Shown: piece after piece, positions 29,682 through 40,228 of the stretch | How positions within the stretch are numbered: position 1 is the first letter of the stretch | How the letters are laid out: every line of letters starts with the position of its first letter | Assembly: GCA_963789265.1 (NCBI GenBank) | Contig: CAWBKB010000001.1 | Span: 256,001-320,000, forward strand | DNA length: 64,000 nucleotides | DNA from: an uncultured delta proteobacterium | GTDB lineage: Bacteria > Desulfobacterota > Desulfomonilia > Desulfomonilales > Desulfomonilaceae | Reading direction: 5' to 3' | The notes under the pieces: generated by a model | Databases searched by the model: none | Told to the model about the DNA's origin: nothing | What the model saw: the letters and a program-made list of their open reading frames with translations, nothing else | Translations under genes and position numbers: made by a program

Positions 29682-30491
29682 GTGTTTTTCGAGATCATAA
29701 AACTCGGAAAGGTGTTCGGGGGCCTGACTGCCGTATCCCAATTCAACATGTTCGCCAACCAAGGAGAGATTGTCGGTCTTATCGGTCCGAACGGGGCGGG
29801 TAAGTCGACCCTTTTCAATTTGGTGACCGGTGTGGTTCAGCCGACAAGCGGTCAGGTGCTGTTCGAAGGGAGAGATATTACCGGCAAGAAACCGCACCAG
29901 GTCGCTCGTTTAGGGATAGGGCGCACTTTTCAGCTCAACCCGCTTTTCGGTGACTTCACCGTCCTCGAAAATGTCTCCGCATCCTTTCATCTTCATCCGC
30001 GGTCGAGTCTTTTGAGCATCTATTTCAACACACGCTCTCACAAGCGTAATGAGGCATATATTCGTAAGCAGTCTCTTGAAGTGCTGCGCCTTGTGGGACT
30101 GGAAAGGGTCAAAGACGATCTCGCCAAGAACCTGCCTCACGGCTACCAGAAGATGCTGGGGGTAGCGAGAGCTTTGGCTACACGACCAAAACTGCTCCTC
30201 CTCGACGAACCTTTGGGCGGTATGAATCCCGAGGAAATAGAGTTCACTTTAGAGGCCGTGAAGAGAATGCAGGCACAGGGAGTAACGATCCTCATAGTTG
30301 AACATAATATGCAGATACTGGATTTGTGCGAACGAGTGGTGGTCATCAATTTCGGGACAAAAATCTGCGAGGGATTGCCTGAGGAAGTGCGAAAGGATGA
30401 GCAGGTCATTCAGGCCTATTTCGGTGGTAATCATGCTGCTGGAAATCGACAAGGTGACCGTCCGCTACGGAAAATCAACGGCCGTTCGTGA
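29682..30491 (+). CDS. Liv-type ABC ATPase (LivG-like)
   Basis: GPNGAGKS, RTFQ, LLLDEP, VEH. Confidence 0.92.
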   Translation: MFFEIIKLGKVFGGLTAVSQFNMFANQGEIVGLIGPNGAGKSTLFNLVTGVVQPTSGQVLFEGRDITGKKPHQVARLGIGRTFQLNPLFGDFTVLENVSASFHLHPRSSLLSIYFNTRSHKRNEAYIRKQSLEVLRLVGLERVKDDLAKNLPHGYQKMLGVARALATRPKLLLLDEPLGGMNPEEIEFTLEAVKRMQAQGVTILIVEHNMQILDLCERVVVINFGTKICEGLPEEVRKDEQVIQAYFGGNHAAGNRQGDRPLRKINGRS

Positions 30492-31140
30492 AGTGTCGTT
30501 GCGGGTTCCTGAGAAAACGGTCGTGAGCATCATAGGCGCTAACGGTTCGGGAAAGAGCACGCTGCTCAGGGCGTTGGTGGGTCTCGTGGCACTGAGCGAA
30601 GGCGAAATACGGTTCAACGGTGTTCGGATAAGCGGGTTGGAGACGAGTGAAATCGTTAGGCATGGCATTGTCCTCGTTCCGGAGGGCCGTCAGCTCTTTC
30701 CCTATCTGAGCGTTCTGGCGAACCTGAAGCTCGGCGCCAGCTTGCGTAAGGACAAGGAAGGCATCAACAAGGATATGGAAGAGGTCTTCGAGTACTTTCC
30801 CAGACTGCGCGCGAGACTGAATCAAAAGGCAGGTACTCTTAGCGGCGGAGAGCAGGAGATGTTGGCTATAGCCAGGGGCCTAATGGCTAAACCCAAACTC
30901 CTTGCGATGGATGAGCCTTCTCTGGGGTTGGCACCGATTGTAATCGACCGGCTTGGCGAGGTGATCGCGAAAATCAACCAGCGAGGCGTGACTGTTCTTT
31001 TGGTGGAGCAGAACGTGCATCTGGCCCTTGAGGTGGCGAACACCGCCTGCGCTCTCCAGGTTGGAAGGCTGGTGCTGGAGGGCGATGTCGACACAATGAG
31101 GTCGAGCGATATTGTGAGGAAGGCTTATCTGGGTGGATAA
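30433..31140 (+). CDS. Liv-type ABC ATPase (LivF-like)
   Basis: GANGSGKS, VPEGR, LSGGEQ, DEPSLGLAP, VEQN. Confidence 0.92.
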   Translation: MLLEIDKVTVRYGKSTAVREVSLRVPEKTVVSIIGANGSGKSTLLRALVGLVALSEGEIRFNGVRISGLETSEIVRHGIVLVPEGRQLFPYLSVLANLKLGASLRKDKEGINKDMEEVFEYFPRLRARLNQKAGTLSGGEQEMLAIARGLMAKPKLLAMDEPSLGLAPIVIDRLGEVIAKINQRGVTVLLVEQNVHLALEVANTACALQVGRLVLEGDVDTMRSSDIVRKAYLGG

Positions 31141-31817
31141 GAAATCGGATCATGTTGGGTTTAGGAAGTTCTTGGACGGGAAAACGAAGTATTTACATAT
31201 ACCTCGTTTAATACCCAGAATCGTGGCACGATCTAGCCTTGTGCGTATTTCGTTGCCCTCACCCCGGCCCTCGCATTTTGGGAGAGGCCCAAAGTGAGAA
31301 GATTTCGTGTTAAGATTTTGTCCGGTTCAAGGATTTTGACACAGTTCCTGGAGTCAGGTCCTATCGGATTCCCGCGTACGCGAGCATGACCAGGGCCAAT
31401 CCCGCTTTGGCGTGACCATCCCACTGGAAACACCACGTGACGTCCTTGGAAGCGCATAAGCATTAGATGTCAAATCGGATGCCGATCTCGAGACCTGCTC
31501 TAGCTGCCGAGGCTGTGCCTCGCTCACGCCTTTTGTCAAATAATAATCATTGATAACCGTAGTTTATTTAGATTGCATAACTTGGTTTGTAGTAATAATT
31601 ATTAAAATTGGCTACTGGCGCAGGCTTTATCACCATTTAGCAGTGCAAAAAAGCTATAGGATTAAATTAGCCATAATATCCAGATGTTATCAATATTACA
31701 GTATGATTTTCTAGATACTTTTTGCAACATCTTTAAACTTCGTTCATTTTTTTCTTGACATCCGATTTGCCGTAACCAATAGTGACCCTGCAAATAGTTG
31801 GACCCTAGAGGGAGGGT

Positions 31818-32939
31818 ATGATGAGAAGGATACCTTATACGCTACTCGTATGTCTTGTGCTCTTGATGTCAACAGCCTGGCTGGCCCCTATCTGGGCGGC
31901 ACAAGTCGTGGACTCACCGGACAAAATCCTCAAGGAACCTCAAGCAGGTTCCACTGGAACACCCGCGGATGTGAAAACCAAAGTCGTCACCAAGGTGAAA
32001 CATCGGACCAGGTTTTATCCCATCTGCAATTATCCCTACTACAATTCGGGGATTACCAAAGTCAAACCCACTTGCACGTATCCCTACTACAATTCGGGGA
32101 TTACCAAAGTCAAACCCACTTGCACGTATCCCTACACGACCGCACCACGGTATGTTTCCGGCGCATTTCCTGCCATGGGAATCGGAAGATGGGAAATAAG
32201 CGGAGGCGTGCTCTTTGCCAGCCTTAGAGGCTCGATCGCATGGCCGCGATATGCCGGAGCCTACGGTAATTACGGTGGTTATTACGGGAACACGAACGAA
32301 GCGAATTTCAGCGACGCTCTACAGCTTCCCGGCCACCTCGCCGTCCCCACATGGAGCATAAAGTACATGTTCCGGCCCAACTGGGCGGCGAGATACTCCG
32401 GGTTGGCGTTTGAGGCCAAAGGCGGCGGCCAGCCTTCCCAATACGTCATGTTCGGACCGAACCAGCAATTCTACGGCATAGGCCAGAGCGTGCAAAGCAA
32501 ATATCAGCACGGCTACCACAGGGTCGGCCTCGTCTATGATGCGATACGGCGCTACGGATCAACCGTCAGAGTATTCGCGGATTGGGTGCACGTGGACGAC
32601 AGGATCGAGTTGCTCGCCTCTAACTATACCGGGCAAGTTGCCGTGTTCAGCAATGGCACTGACGCTGCTATCACCGGACTGGAACTTCAGAAATACGTCA
32701 AGAGCAGCGCCAATGGAGCTACCTTGTCATGGGATTGCAGAGCCGGGGCTATCTTCCTTGACGATGTCCAAGGAGTAGACGCACAGGCAGGAGCCCAGTA
32801 CACGATACCACTGAATGCCGGTCGCACAGGATTCGTCAGGGCAGGTTACAGGATCGTCCAATTGCAAAAGGCCCCGAGCTCGTTTCTGCTCAAAGATGAG
32901 CTTCAGGGTGGCTACATGGAAATGGGGTTTATCTTCTGA
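31818..32939 (+). CDS. Exported hypothetical protein, probable outer-membrane beta-barrel
   Basis: GGAGG RBS, signal peptide, amphipathic aromatic strands, C-terminal ...MEMGFIF. Confidence 0.7.
   Translation: MMRRIPYTLLVCLVLLMSTAWLAPIWAAQVVDSPDKILKEPQAGSTGTPADVKTKVVTKVKHRTRFYPICNYPYYNSGITKVKPTCTYPYYNSGITKVKPTCTYPYTTAPRYVSGAFPAMGIGRWEISGGVLFASLRGSIAWPRYAGAYGNYGGYYGNTNEANFSDALQLPGHLAVPTWSIKYMFRPNWAARYSGLAFEAKGGGQPSQYVMFGPNQQFYGIGQSVQSKYQHGYHRVGLVYDAIRRYGSTVRVFADWVHVDDRIELLASNYTGQVAVFSNGTDAAITGLELQKYVKSSANGATLSWDCRAGAIFLDDVQGVDAQAGAQYTIPLNAGRTGFVRAGYRIVQLQKAPSSFLLKDELQGGYMEMGFIF
32031..32135 (+). repeat. 48-bp exact in-frame tandem repeat (2.2 copies)
   Basis: TATCCCTACTACAATTCGGGGATTACCAAAGTCAAACCCACTTGCACG x2, encoding YPYYNSGITKVKPTCT. 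Confidence 0.95.
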
Positions 32940-33040
32940 TTAACGATGTCATCGATCAGTCGACCCCTAAATCCGGTAACAACACCGGCCCTTAACCTGA
33001 AACGCTAACCTAACAAAATCTATTTTCTCAGTTTGTTCAG

Positions 33041-33093
33041 GCCCGGCTTAACTTCTTCCTCCCAGCTAAAGAGTTAAGGCCGGGCTTCTTTTT
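33041..33093 (+). terminator. Rho-independent terminator
   Basis: GCCCGGCTTAACT...AGTTAAGGCCGGGC followed by TTCTTTTT. Confidence 0.6.
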
Positions 33094-33168
33094 GTCAAAT
33101 CCTTGTGTTAAATTCCAGGTCACAGGGCAGAACAGGTCATCCATTCCCAATGTCTCAGGAGTTGCTTA

Positions 33169-34070
33169 ATGGATACGGACATACAAATTCGGATAAATGC
33201 TACGATCGCCGGTTACGTTGCTGACTCGCCCAAAATTACTCAAGATGGAGCCTGACGAAAAGGCATGGGAAGAGGTTCTGATCGGTTATTCCTCGGGAGA
33301 CGATCCTCTATATGAGACTTATAAGGACGTGGTGGGTGCGTTTCACTGGACACCACTTGAAGTCTTTCAGCACACATTTCCCGATACAACGGTCACGCCC
33401 GCCAATCTCACGGTCATTAGCTGGATTCTCCCCGAGCGAGGCCACAAAGGCGGATAATCGCAAGGAGACACTGTATCCTTCCAGACGATGGGTTCATGCC
33501 CGTTTTCCGGGTGAGGAATTCAACAATCATCTGCGGCGACACCTTGTTCAGGAACTCGACCGCATCGGTGTCAAAGCTGTCGCCCCTGTCCTTTGTGCTC
33601 AATGGGGCATGGAAATATCACCTAAGTACGGATTTGCTTCCAAGTGGTCGGAGCGGCACGCGGCGTACGCGGCGGGCCTTGGAACATTCGGTCTTTCTGA
33701 CGGCCTGATCACCTCGAAAGGCAAGGCTCATCGCGTTGGTTCGGTGGTGGCAAATCTGGAGCTGCCCGTTTCCCCGAGGCCCTACGATGACCACCACGCC
33801 TACTGCCAGTTTTTCTATGACGGTTCATGTACAGGATGCCGTAAGCGCTGCCCGGTTGGAGCCATTACGGAAGAGGGGCACGACAAGATGAAGTGCTGGA
33901 ATCACGCCGGGATAACTTGTGCCAAATATGTCAAAGAGAATTATGGGTTCGAAGGTTATGGCTGCGGGCTCTGCCAGACAGGCGTGCCGTGTGAATCGGG
34001 GATTCCTAAAAAGATCCTGAAAGCGATGAAGGGGACGGCTAACGCAGGGAAATCAAGGTCCGATCTATGA
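33169..34070 (+). CDS. Epoxyqueuosine-reductase-like (QueG-like) 4Fe-4S protein, frameshifts near 33235 and 33440
   Basis: GDDPLY, WSERHAAYAAGLGTFGLSDGLIT, CxxCxxxCP and GCGLCQTGVPCE. Confidence 0.8.
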
Positions 34071-34089
34071 AATCGGAGGTGGGGCGGCC

Positions 34090-34374
34090 ATGATAGCCAG
34101 TTTTTCCGTGTATCCCATCGGTGAAGGTACCAGCCTCAGCCGGTTTGTAAAGAAAGGTGTGGCGGTCATCAAGGCGTCGGGCTATCCCTATGAAGTCGGG
34201 GCCATGTCCACGGCCGTGGAAGTGCCCGACTTGGACGCTCTCTTCGACCTGGTCAAACAGGTGCATGCCGTTCATGTGGCAGAAGGTGCCAAACGGATCG
34301 TCATCGACCTCAAAGTGGATGACCGCCGAGACAAGAGAGCGACCATGTCTTCCAAGAGGGCCGCTGTCAGTTGA
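34090..34374 (+). CDS. MTH1187-family thiamine-binding protein
   Basis: SVYPIG..TSLS, AMST.VE, KVDDRRDK. Confidence 0.85.
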   Translation: MIASFSVYPIGEGTSLSRFVKKGVAVIKASGYPYEVGAMSTAVEVPDLDALFDLVKQVHAVHVAEGAKRIVIDLKVDDRRDKRATMSSKRAAVS

Positions 34375-34570
34375 TAATTGGTTTCAGTCCGATCCCTTCT
34401 GAAATAAGTCCATCGTTTCCCATGTACGGCGAGGTCAGGAACCTGGCACAGAAGAAAAGATTGCTTCGCTGCGCTCGCAATGACAGGTAGCGAAAATGTC
34501 ATTGCGAGGAGAGAAACGACGAAGCAATCCCATCATGAAAATACGCGGCCGAACAACCGTGTTCGAAAAC

Positions 34571-35711
34571 TCAAATCAACGCGCGTGCGATGGTCATCTT
34601 TTCAGCTTCCTTTGCCCCTTCATATATCTCCAGGATTTTGGCGTCGCGGTAAAAGCGCTGAACATCATACTCATCAATATAGCCATAGCCGCCGTGCATC
34701 TGAAGAGCTTTGTCGCAGACCCACACTGCCATCTCACCGGCAGAGGTACCTGGCCATTGCGTTCAATGAAGGATCCGTTCTGCCCTGGTCCACGAGCCAT
34801 GAAGCCTTATAGGTGAGGGTTCTGGCCAACTCTATCTTTGTGGCCATTTCCGCCAGTTGAAACTGTATCGCCTGGTTGGTGGCAAGCGGCCGACCGAATG
34901 TCTTCCGCTCTCGGACATATCTGATGGACTTGTCTAAGGCTCCCTGAGCCAGCCCTACGCCTTGAGCGGCAACCATGGTCCGCGTGGCGTCGAAAAACTT
35001 CATCAATTGATAAAATCCTCGGCCCTCTTCCCCGATAAGGTTGGACTGTGGCACTCGAACGTTATCGAAGATGATCTCCGCGGTGTCACTCGCCCTTATT
35101 CCCATTTTTCCTTTGAGCTTTCTTGTCGTCACGCCCGGACGATCGGATTCGACGAGGATGATACTTTGACGCTTGTGTCGCTCTTCCCGCTCCGGATTTG
35201 TCACGCAGAAGACGCACATGAAATCGCAAACAGTCCCGTTGGTAATGAACATTTTGGTGCCGGTGATCACGTAATCGCCCCCCTCCTTTACGGCCCGGGT
35301 TCGAATTCCCGCGACATCGGTCCCAGCGTCGGGCTCTGTAAAGGCCCCGGCGGATATGGTCTCTCCTGCAACTAACGGCGGCAAGTATTTCTTCTTCTGA
35401 TCTTCTGTGCCGAATAGAAGGATGTGCTCCGCCCCAAAGACAGAAGCGATCACACATAGGCATAGGCCGAGATCCACACGACTGAGTTGCTCGGTGATAA
35501 GGGCCTGTTCAAGAAAACCTAAGCCCGGCCCCCCATATTCCTCTGGTATGGCCGCACCGACCAGCCCGGCTTCGCAAGCCTTTTCCCAAATCTCACGGCC
35601 GTATTTCTCTTCTCTGTCGTACTCTTGGGCGATGGGGGCCAATTCCTTTACGGCAAACTTGTAAGCCGTTTCCTGCACCATTCGCTGTTCTTCCGACAAA
35701 TCGAAATCCAT
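34571..35711 (-). CDS. Acyl-CoA dehydrogenase, frameshift near 34745
   Basis: MDFDLSEEQ, AFTEPDAGTD, GTKMFITNG, KMGIRAS; downstream frame HGGYGY...RDAKILEIYEG ends at 34571. Confidence 0.9.
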
Positions 35712-35950
35712 ATCCCACCTCCTTGGTTTGCACTTTTTTCGGACCAGCTTCCCTTCGGGGGGTACAGTTCGCGAAAATACATGCAAGGACCGCAGGAATC
35801 AAGAAACTGTCTCAAAACCCTTGAACTGGACGAAATCGTACCACGAATGACCCTTTTCCCCGGCAATGAATTACCGGGCTACTGTCTCCGTCCCTACGGG
35901 ACACCAGTATTTGAGCCCCATTGGGGCGATTGAGAGTAGACCGGTACTTT

Positions 35951-37628
35951 AGAGAGTGTCTCAAAACGGTTGTAGTGGCACGATGACGACTCTCGGGGTG
36001 GTAGGGTGCGGTTAATCTCGCACCTTGGCCTCCCTTGTCTCCGACGAGCCGGGGCCGGCTATGAGTATGCCTCAGGCAGCCATGAGTCACTCTCCGTCCT
36101 GATGTCTTAGGCCGCGGTTAGCACCAGACGCCCCGTCAGCCAATGGCTGTAGAGCTTCTTGAGATTCAAGGTGGCGCACATCAAAGACCATTGAGCCTTC
36201 GCATTGGATAATCCGGACACGGTCCACCGTCTAAAGTCCAAGTGGCTCTTTATCCATGCAAAGACCGGCTCAATGATCACCTTGCGGGCTCGGAGTAGCG
36301 TCTTGCTTTCCGGGACCTCCCGTTTCTTGCGGTGACGCTCAACTGCGTCACGATAGATGTTAATGTCTATGAGACGGCCATTCTTGCTCTTGCTGCACTT
36401 CCACCGTTCAGGACACGTCAAGTAGTCCCGGCATCGATACCGCCGGATCTCGTTTCCGTTTTTTCCTGTGACTTTCTTCTGAAGAAAGTTCAGCGATGCG
36501 CCTTGCGGACAAATACAGACGTCTCGCTCTTGGTCGTAGACGAACTGGGAAGCGTGATAAGGGTCCCATTGAGCGCCTTTTTCCGCAGCGGACTCTCCCG
36601 ACGACTTGGCGACCAAGACCTCGTACTCCTTCTCTTCGGCCAACGCGATTTGAGCCGATGCGAAGTATCCTGCGTCCGCCACGGTTTCCTCTGCGGTTGC
36701 GCCCAAATTTTCCTGAACTCGATCCAGCATGGGAACAAGCTGCCCATTGTCATTGCCTTCGTCGACCACTTCCTCAGCCACAATCATGCCGCTTTGTTGG
36801 TCTGCCACCGCTTGAGCATTGTAAGAGGGCTCAGTAGACCGCCGGTTCTTCATGTACCGGGCATCCGGCTCGCAGGGATGGACGACCTTCTTGTCAGTCT
36901 TATCCAATTCCTGCAAGGCCTTCTGTATCCGCTCCTTGCGTTTCAACTCGTCCTGCAGGGCTTCGGGAAGACGCCATTCGCCACCCTCCTCTTGCTCGCA
37001 CCTCTCTGTCTCCGTCATGACGTCGGCAACGCACTTGTCCAAATTCTCAAGCATCCGCTCCAACTGATCTTGGTTCTTGAACTTCTCCCGAGATGATCCG
37101 ACAGGGATCTTGGTTCCATCCAATGCATGAACCGCCATACCTATCAACTCGGCTTTGACTGCCACTTGAACCGATTGTTTGAATATTCCCTTGAAAACCT
37201 TCTTGTTGTCCCTCCAGAATCGCCACAGGGTATTATGATCCGCTGCATTCATACCCGTCAGCCAAATCAATCCCATGTTCTCCATGCATGCCTTCTCAAG
37301 CTTGCGCGATGACCTGATTCTGCTGAAATAGCCGTAGAGCCATGCCTTCAACAAAAGATCGGTACTATAGGGAGGACGGCCCGTTTCGCCATTCGGAACT
37401 CGAAAACCCAGCACCTCCAAATCCAAGGAATCCACAAAGTCTCCTATGAAGCGCGCTGGATGATCAGGCCCTATCCAGTCATCTATAGCGGGCGGAAGCA
37501 GAAACACCTGCTTGTAGTCGGCTCTGATTTGCGGCATAATCCTTTCCCTCTCCGATTCTCTTTTCACATCTCATTAGTAGAATCGGTTGAGAATCGCGAG
37601 CCCAAAATCGACTTTTGAGACAGTTTCT
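35951..37628 (-). mobile_element. IS1182-family insertion sequence
   Basis: Imperfect TIRs AGAGAGTGTCTCAAAA (35951) and TTTTGAGACAGTTTCT (37613-37628) enclosing the transposase. Confidence 0.8.
36107..37537 (-). CDS. IS1182-family DDE transposase
   Basis: LLPP..DDWI..DHPARF, SSRKLE, DGTK, YNAQ, ADAGY, R...IEPVF..IK. Confidence 0.93.
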   Translation of the reverse strand: MPQIRADYKQVFLLPPAIDDWIGPDHPARFIGDFVDSLDLEVLGFRVPNGETGRPPYSTDLLLKAWLYGYFSRIRSSRKLEKACMENMGLIWLTGMNAADHNTLWRFWRDNKKVFKGIFKQSVQVAVKAELIGMAVHALDGTKIPVGSSREKFKNQDQLERMLENLDKCVADVMTETERCEQEEGGEWRLPEALQDELKRKERIQKALQELDKTDKKVVHPCEPDARYMKNRRSTEPSYNAQAVADQQSGMIVAEEVVDEGNDNGQLVPMLDRVQENLGATAEETVADAGYFASAQIALAEEKEYEVLVAKSSGESAAEKGAQWDPYHASQFVYDQERDVCICPQGASLNFLQKKVTGKNGNEIRRYRCRDYLTCPERWKCSKSKNGRLIDINIYRDAVERHRKKREVPESKTLLRARKVIIEPVFAWIKSHLDFRRWTVSGLSNAKAQWSLMCATLNLKKLYSHWLTGRLVLTAA

Positions 37629-37771
37629 GAAGCGCCGGGCTGCCATCGTGCCACGATCCCGAGTATCAAAATAGTTTTGAGACACCTTCTCAATGCTTCC
37701 TTGACGGCAAACTCGCTTAATGACACAAGGCGATAAGAAACACTTTAAGCGACGTGATACCGGAGTGCCTG

Positions 37772-39382
37772 TCAGTTCACCTTCTTTTCCCGTCCGGCCC
37801 ATTCCTTGTTCCGCAGTTCGTATTTCATGATTTTCCCGGTTGCAGTCTTTGGTAGGTCGCCAAATTTAATGCTCTTGGGAACCTTAAATCGAGCCATGTT
37901 TTCACGGCAAAAACTTATAATTTGCTCGGCGGAAGGATTCACGCCCGGCTTTGGAGTGATAAATGCCTTGGGCACTTCTCCCCATTTGGGGTCAGGCACG
38001 CCGACTACGGCACATTCCAGGACATCCGGATGGCGGTACAGGACGTTCTCCACTTCAACGCTGGAAATGTTCTCACCGCCACTGATTATGACGTCCTTCG
38101 ATCTATCCTTTATTTCAACGTACCCGGTGGGATGGACCACAGCCAGATCCCCGCTATGAAACCATCCGCCGTTGAACGCCTCTTCAGTGGCTTCCTCCTG
38201 TTTGTAATAGCCAAGCATGACGTTGTTGCCGCGCATGACTATCTCGCCCAAGGTGCTGCCGTCCCAAGGAACCGGCTCCATCGTTATCCGATCCACCACG
38301 TCCATATTCAAAGCGGTCACGTACGGAACCCCCTGGCGGGCTTTGATCTTGGCCCTTTCCTCGGCGGAGAGGCTTTCCCAGGATATCTGAGGAGCGCATA
38401 TACTGTGCGGCCCGTACACCTCGGTGAGCCCGTATACTTGAGTCACATTCGCGCCGATCTCTTCCATATTCCTAATTACCGTAGGAGCAGGCGGTGCGCC
38501 GGCTGTGATAACTTTCAGTTGGCGCTTCATCTTGACCTCCTTTGCTCCCGGAAACCCCGACATGGAAATGAGCACCGTCGGAGCAGCACACAGGTGGGAC
38601 ACGTTTTCCGTCTCCACCAGTCGATAGATTTCTTCGGGCACGACCTTGCGCAGACACACATGTGTTCCCGCCACCGCAGTAACGGCCCAGGGAAAACACC
38701 AGCCGTTGCAATGGAACATTGGAAGGGTCCATAGGTACACTGAGGTGTAATCCATTCCGTGCTCCAGGGCTTCGCCCAAAGCGTTTAAATAAGCTCCGCG
38801 GTGATGGTACATCACCCCCTTGGGCAGTCCGGTGGTCCCGCTCGTGTAGTTTAATGTGGCCATGTCACGTTCATCCGTAACCGCGCACTGGACAGCGGAA
38901 TCGGAACCCGTGGCCAGGAACTCCTCGTATTCCATACCGTCAAGAGGCCGCTGGTCGTTTACATCGCAAATGTTGACGAACGTTTTGACATTGGTGAGTT
39001 CTTTGATTATGGGAGCGACCAAAGCTGCGAATTCATTGTCCACAAAGAGAGCCTTTGAATCGGAGTGATTCACGATGTAAGACACTTCGCGTGCGGATAA
39101 CCTGATGTTGATGCTCACAAGGGTAGCGCCTATAAGGGGTACTGCAAAGTGCGCTTCAAGCATAGGAGGAATGTTCGGGCTGATGAACGCAACCTTGTCC
39201 CCTTTTTGAATCCCCGCGTTGAGTAGTGCGCCGGCGAGACGGTTCACCCGAGCCTCGAATTGCTTGTAAGTGAATCGCTTACTGCCATGCACCACTGCAT
39301 CTTTGTCACCGTAGACCATTGCTGTGCGTTTCAGAAATGTGCAAGGCGTGAGTAGTTCGAAGTTGACGCTATTCTCGGCCAA
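37772..39382 (-). CDS. Acyl-CoA synthetase (AMP-binding)
   Basis: NYTSGTTGLPKGV, PMFHCNGW, VYGLTE, PKTATGK; TTG start with AGGAG RBS. Confidence 0.92.
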   Translation of the reverse strand: MAENSVNFELLTPCTFLKRTAMVYGDKDAVVHGSKRFTYKQFEARVNRLAGALLNAGIQKGDKVAFISPNIPPMLEAHFAVPLIGATLVSINIRLSAREVSYIVNHSDSKALFVDNEFAALVAPIIKELTNVKTFVNICDVNDQRPLDGMEYEEFLATGSDSAVQCAVTDERDMATLNYTSGTTGLPKGVMYHHRGAYLNALGEALEHGMDYTSVYLWTLPMFHCNGWCFPWAVTAVAGTHVCLRKVVPEEIYRLVETENVSHLCAAPTVLISMSGFPGAKEVKMKRQLKVITAGAPPAPTVIRNMEEIGANVTQVYGLTEVYGPHSICAPQISWESLSAEERAKIKARQGVPYVTALNMDVVDRITMEPVPWDGSTLGEIVMRGNNVMLGYYKQEEATEEAFNGGWFHSGDLAVVHPTGYVEIKDRSKDVIISGGENISSVEVENVLYRHPDVLECAVVGVPDPKWGEVPKAFITPKPGVNPSAEQIISFCRENMARFKVPKSIKFGDLPKTATGKIMKYELRNKEWAGREKKVN

Positions 39383-39702
39383 TGTGAAGTCTCCTTTCCC
39401 TTGCGATCGTTACGGCCTATAGTGACCTGTTCGGTATTATGTACTATTTGTCGAGCCGGAGCCACATTCCCCGTCCGTGAACACCCAGAAATGCTGCCCG
39501 GTTGACTCTTGACCGCGGGAAGCGAAAACGCCGAGTTGACATAAGAACGGAATTGTCTCACTCTGCGGTGCAGAACCACAGGGCGGACGAAAAAGCCGCC
39601 TGCCGGATGTTCGAAAAGGCATCCCGAACGCTAACACTGTTTATCAGCGCTCCCTTTCGCCGCACAAAATCGTTGCCGCCGGGCCACGAAAGCGAGGTTA
39701 CC

Positions 39703-40212
39703 GTGATACACCATTTTCAGATGAACCATATCTCCACAGTCGAGAAGATAGAGCCAACACTTTGGCGAGTCTTAGCCAGATCCGACGACAACCTCTTTTC
39801 AGGCGAAACATCCCTCGATGTGAAGCTTCCTGCTTTAGATATTCGGCGAGCCCGCTTAAGTGTCACGCGGGACGTTCTCGGCCTCGTGCCCGACCTTTCT
39901 TCGGCTGAAGAGAAGCTCGTCGGCGTACGAGTCGGGCCGGGGATGACTAAGATAGTTCGCGGCCTGGTCGGCGGGCAAAAAGGTTCAGGCCGCATGGCTG
40001 ATCTGGTTCTGGAAGCTATGGAAATGTTGGTGAATGCTCTATCCCTGCCGGAACTCAGAAAAGCAATGGAGAAGTGCGGAGAATCCGTTGCAGACCCGGA
40101 GTCGAGGGCCAAGATCTCGCTCAATGACGTGCTGATTGGAGACCAAACTGTACAGGTGATGGGAGCTAATCCCAGGCTTAAGGACAGTTGCGCAGCATTT
40201 CTAGGGGCGTAA
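39703..40212 (+). CDS. DUF2889-like protein
   Basis: GTG start after GAGG; LVGVRVGPGMTK.VR.L.GG..G...DL pattern. Confidence 0.55.
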   Translation: MIHHFQMNHISTVEKIEPTLWRVLARSDDNLFSGETSLDVKLPALDIRRARLSVTRDVLGLVPDLSSAEEKLVGVRVGPGMTKIVRGLVGGQKGSGRMADLVLEAMEMLVNALSLPELRKAMEKCGESVADPESRAKISLNDVLIGDQTVQVMGANPRLKDSCAAFLGA

Positions 40213-40228
40213 CAAACGGAGTGAAAAG

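Noticed and set aside
32031..32135. 48-bp repeat as a CRISPR array
   Set aside because: No spacers; it is an in-frame coding tandem duplication.
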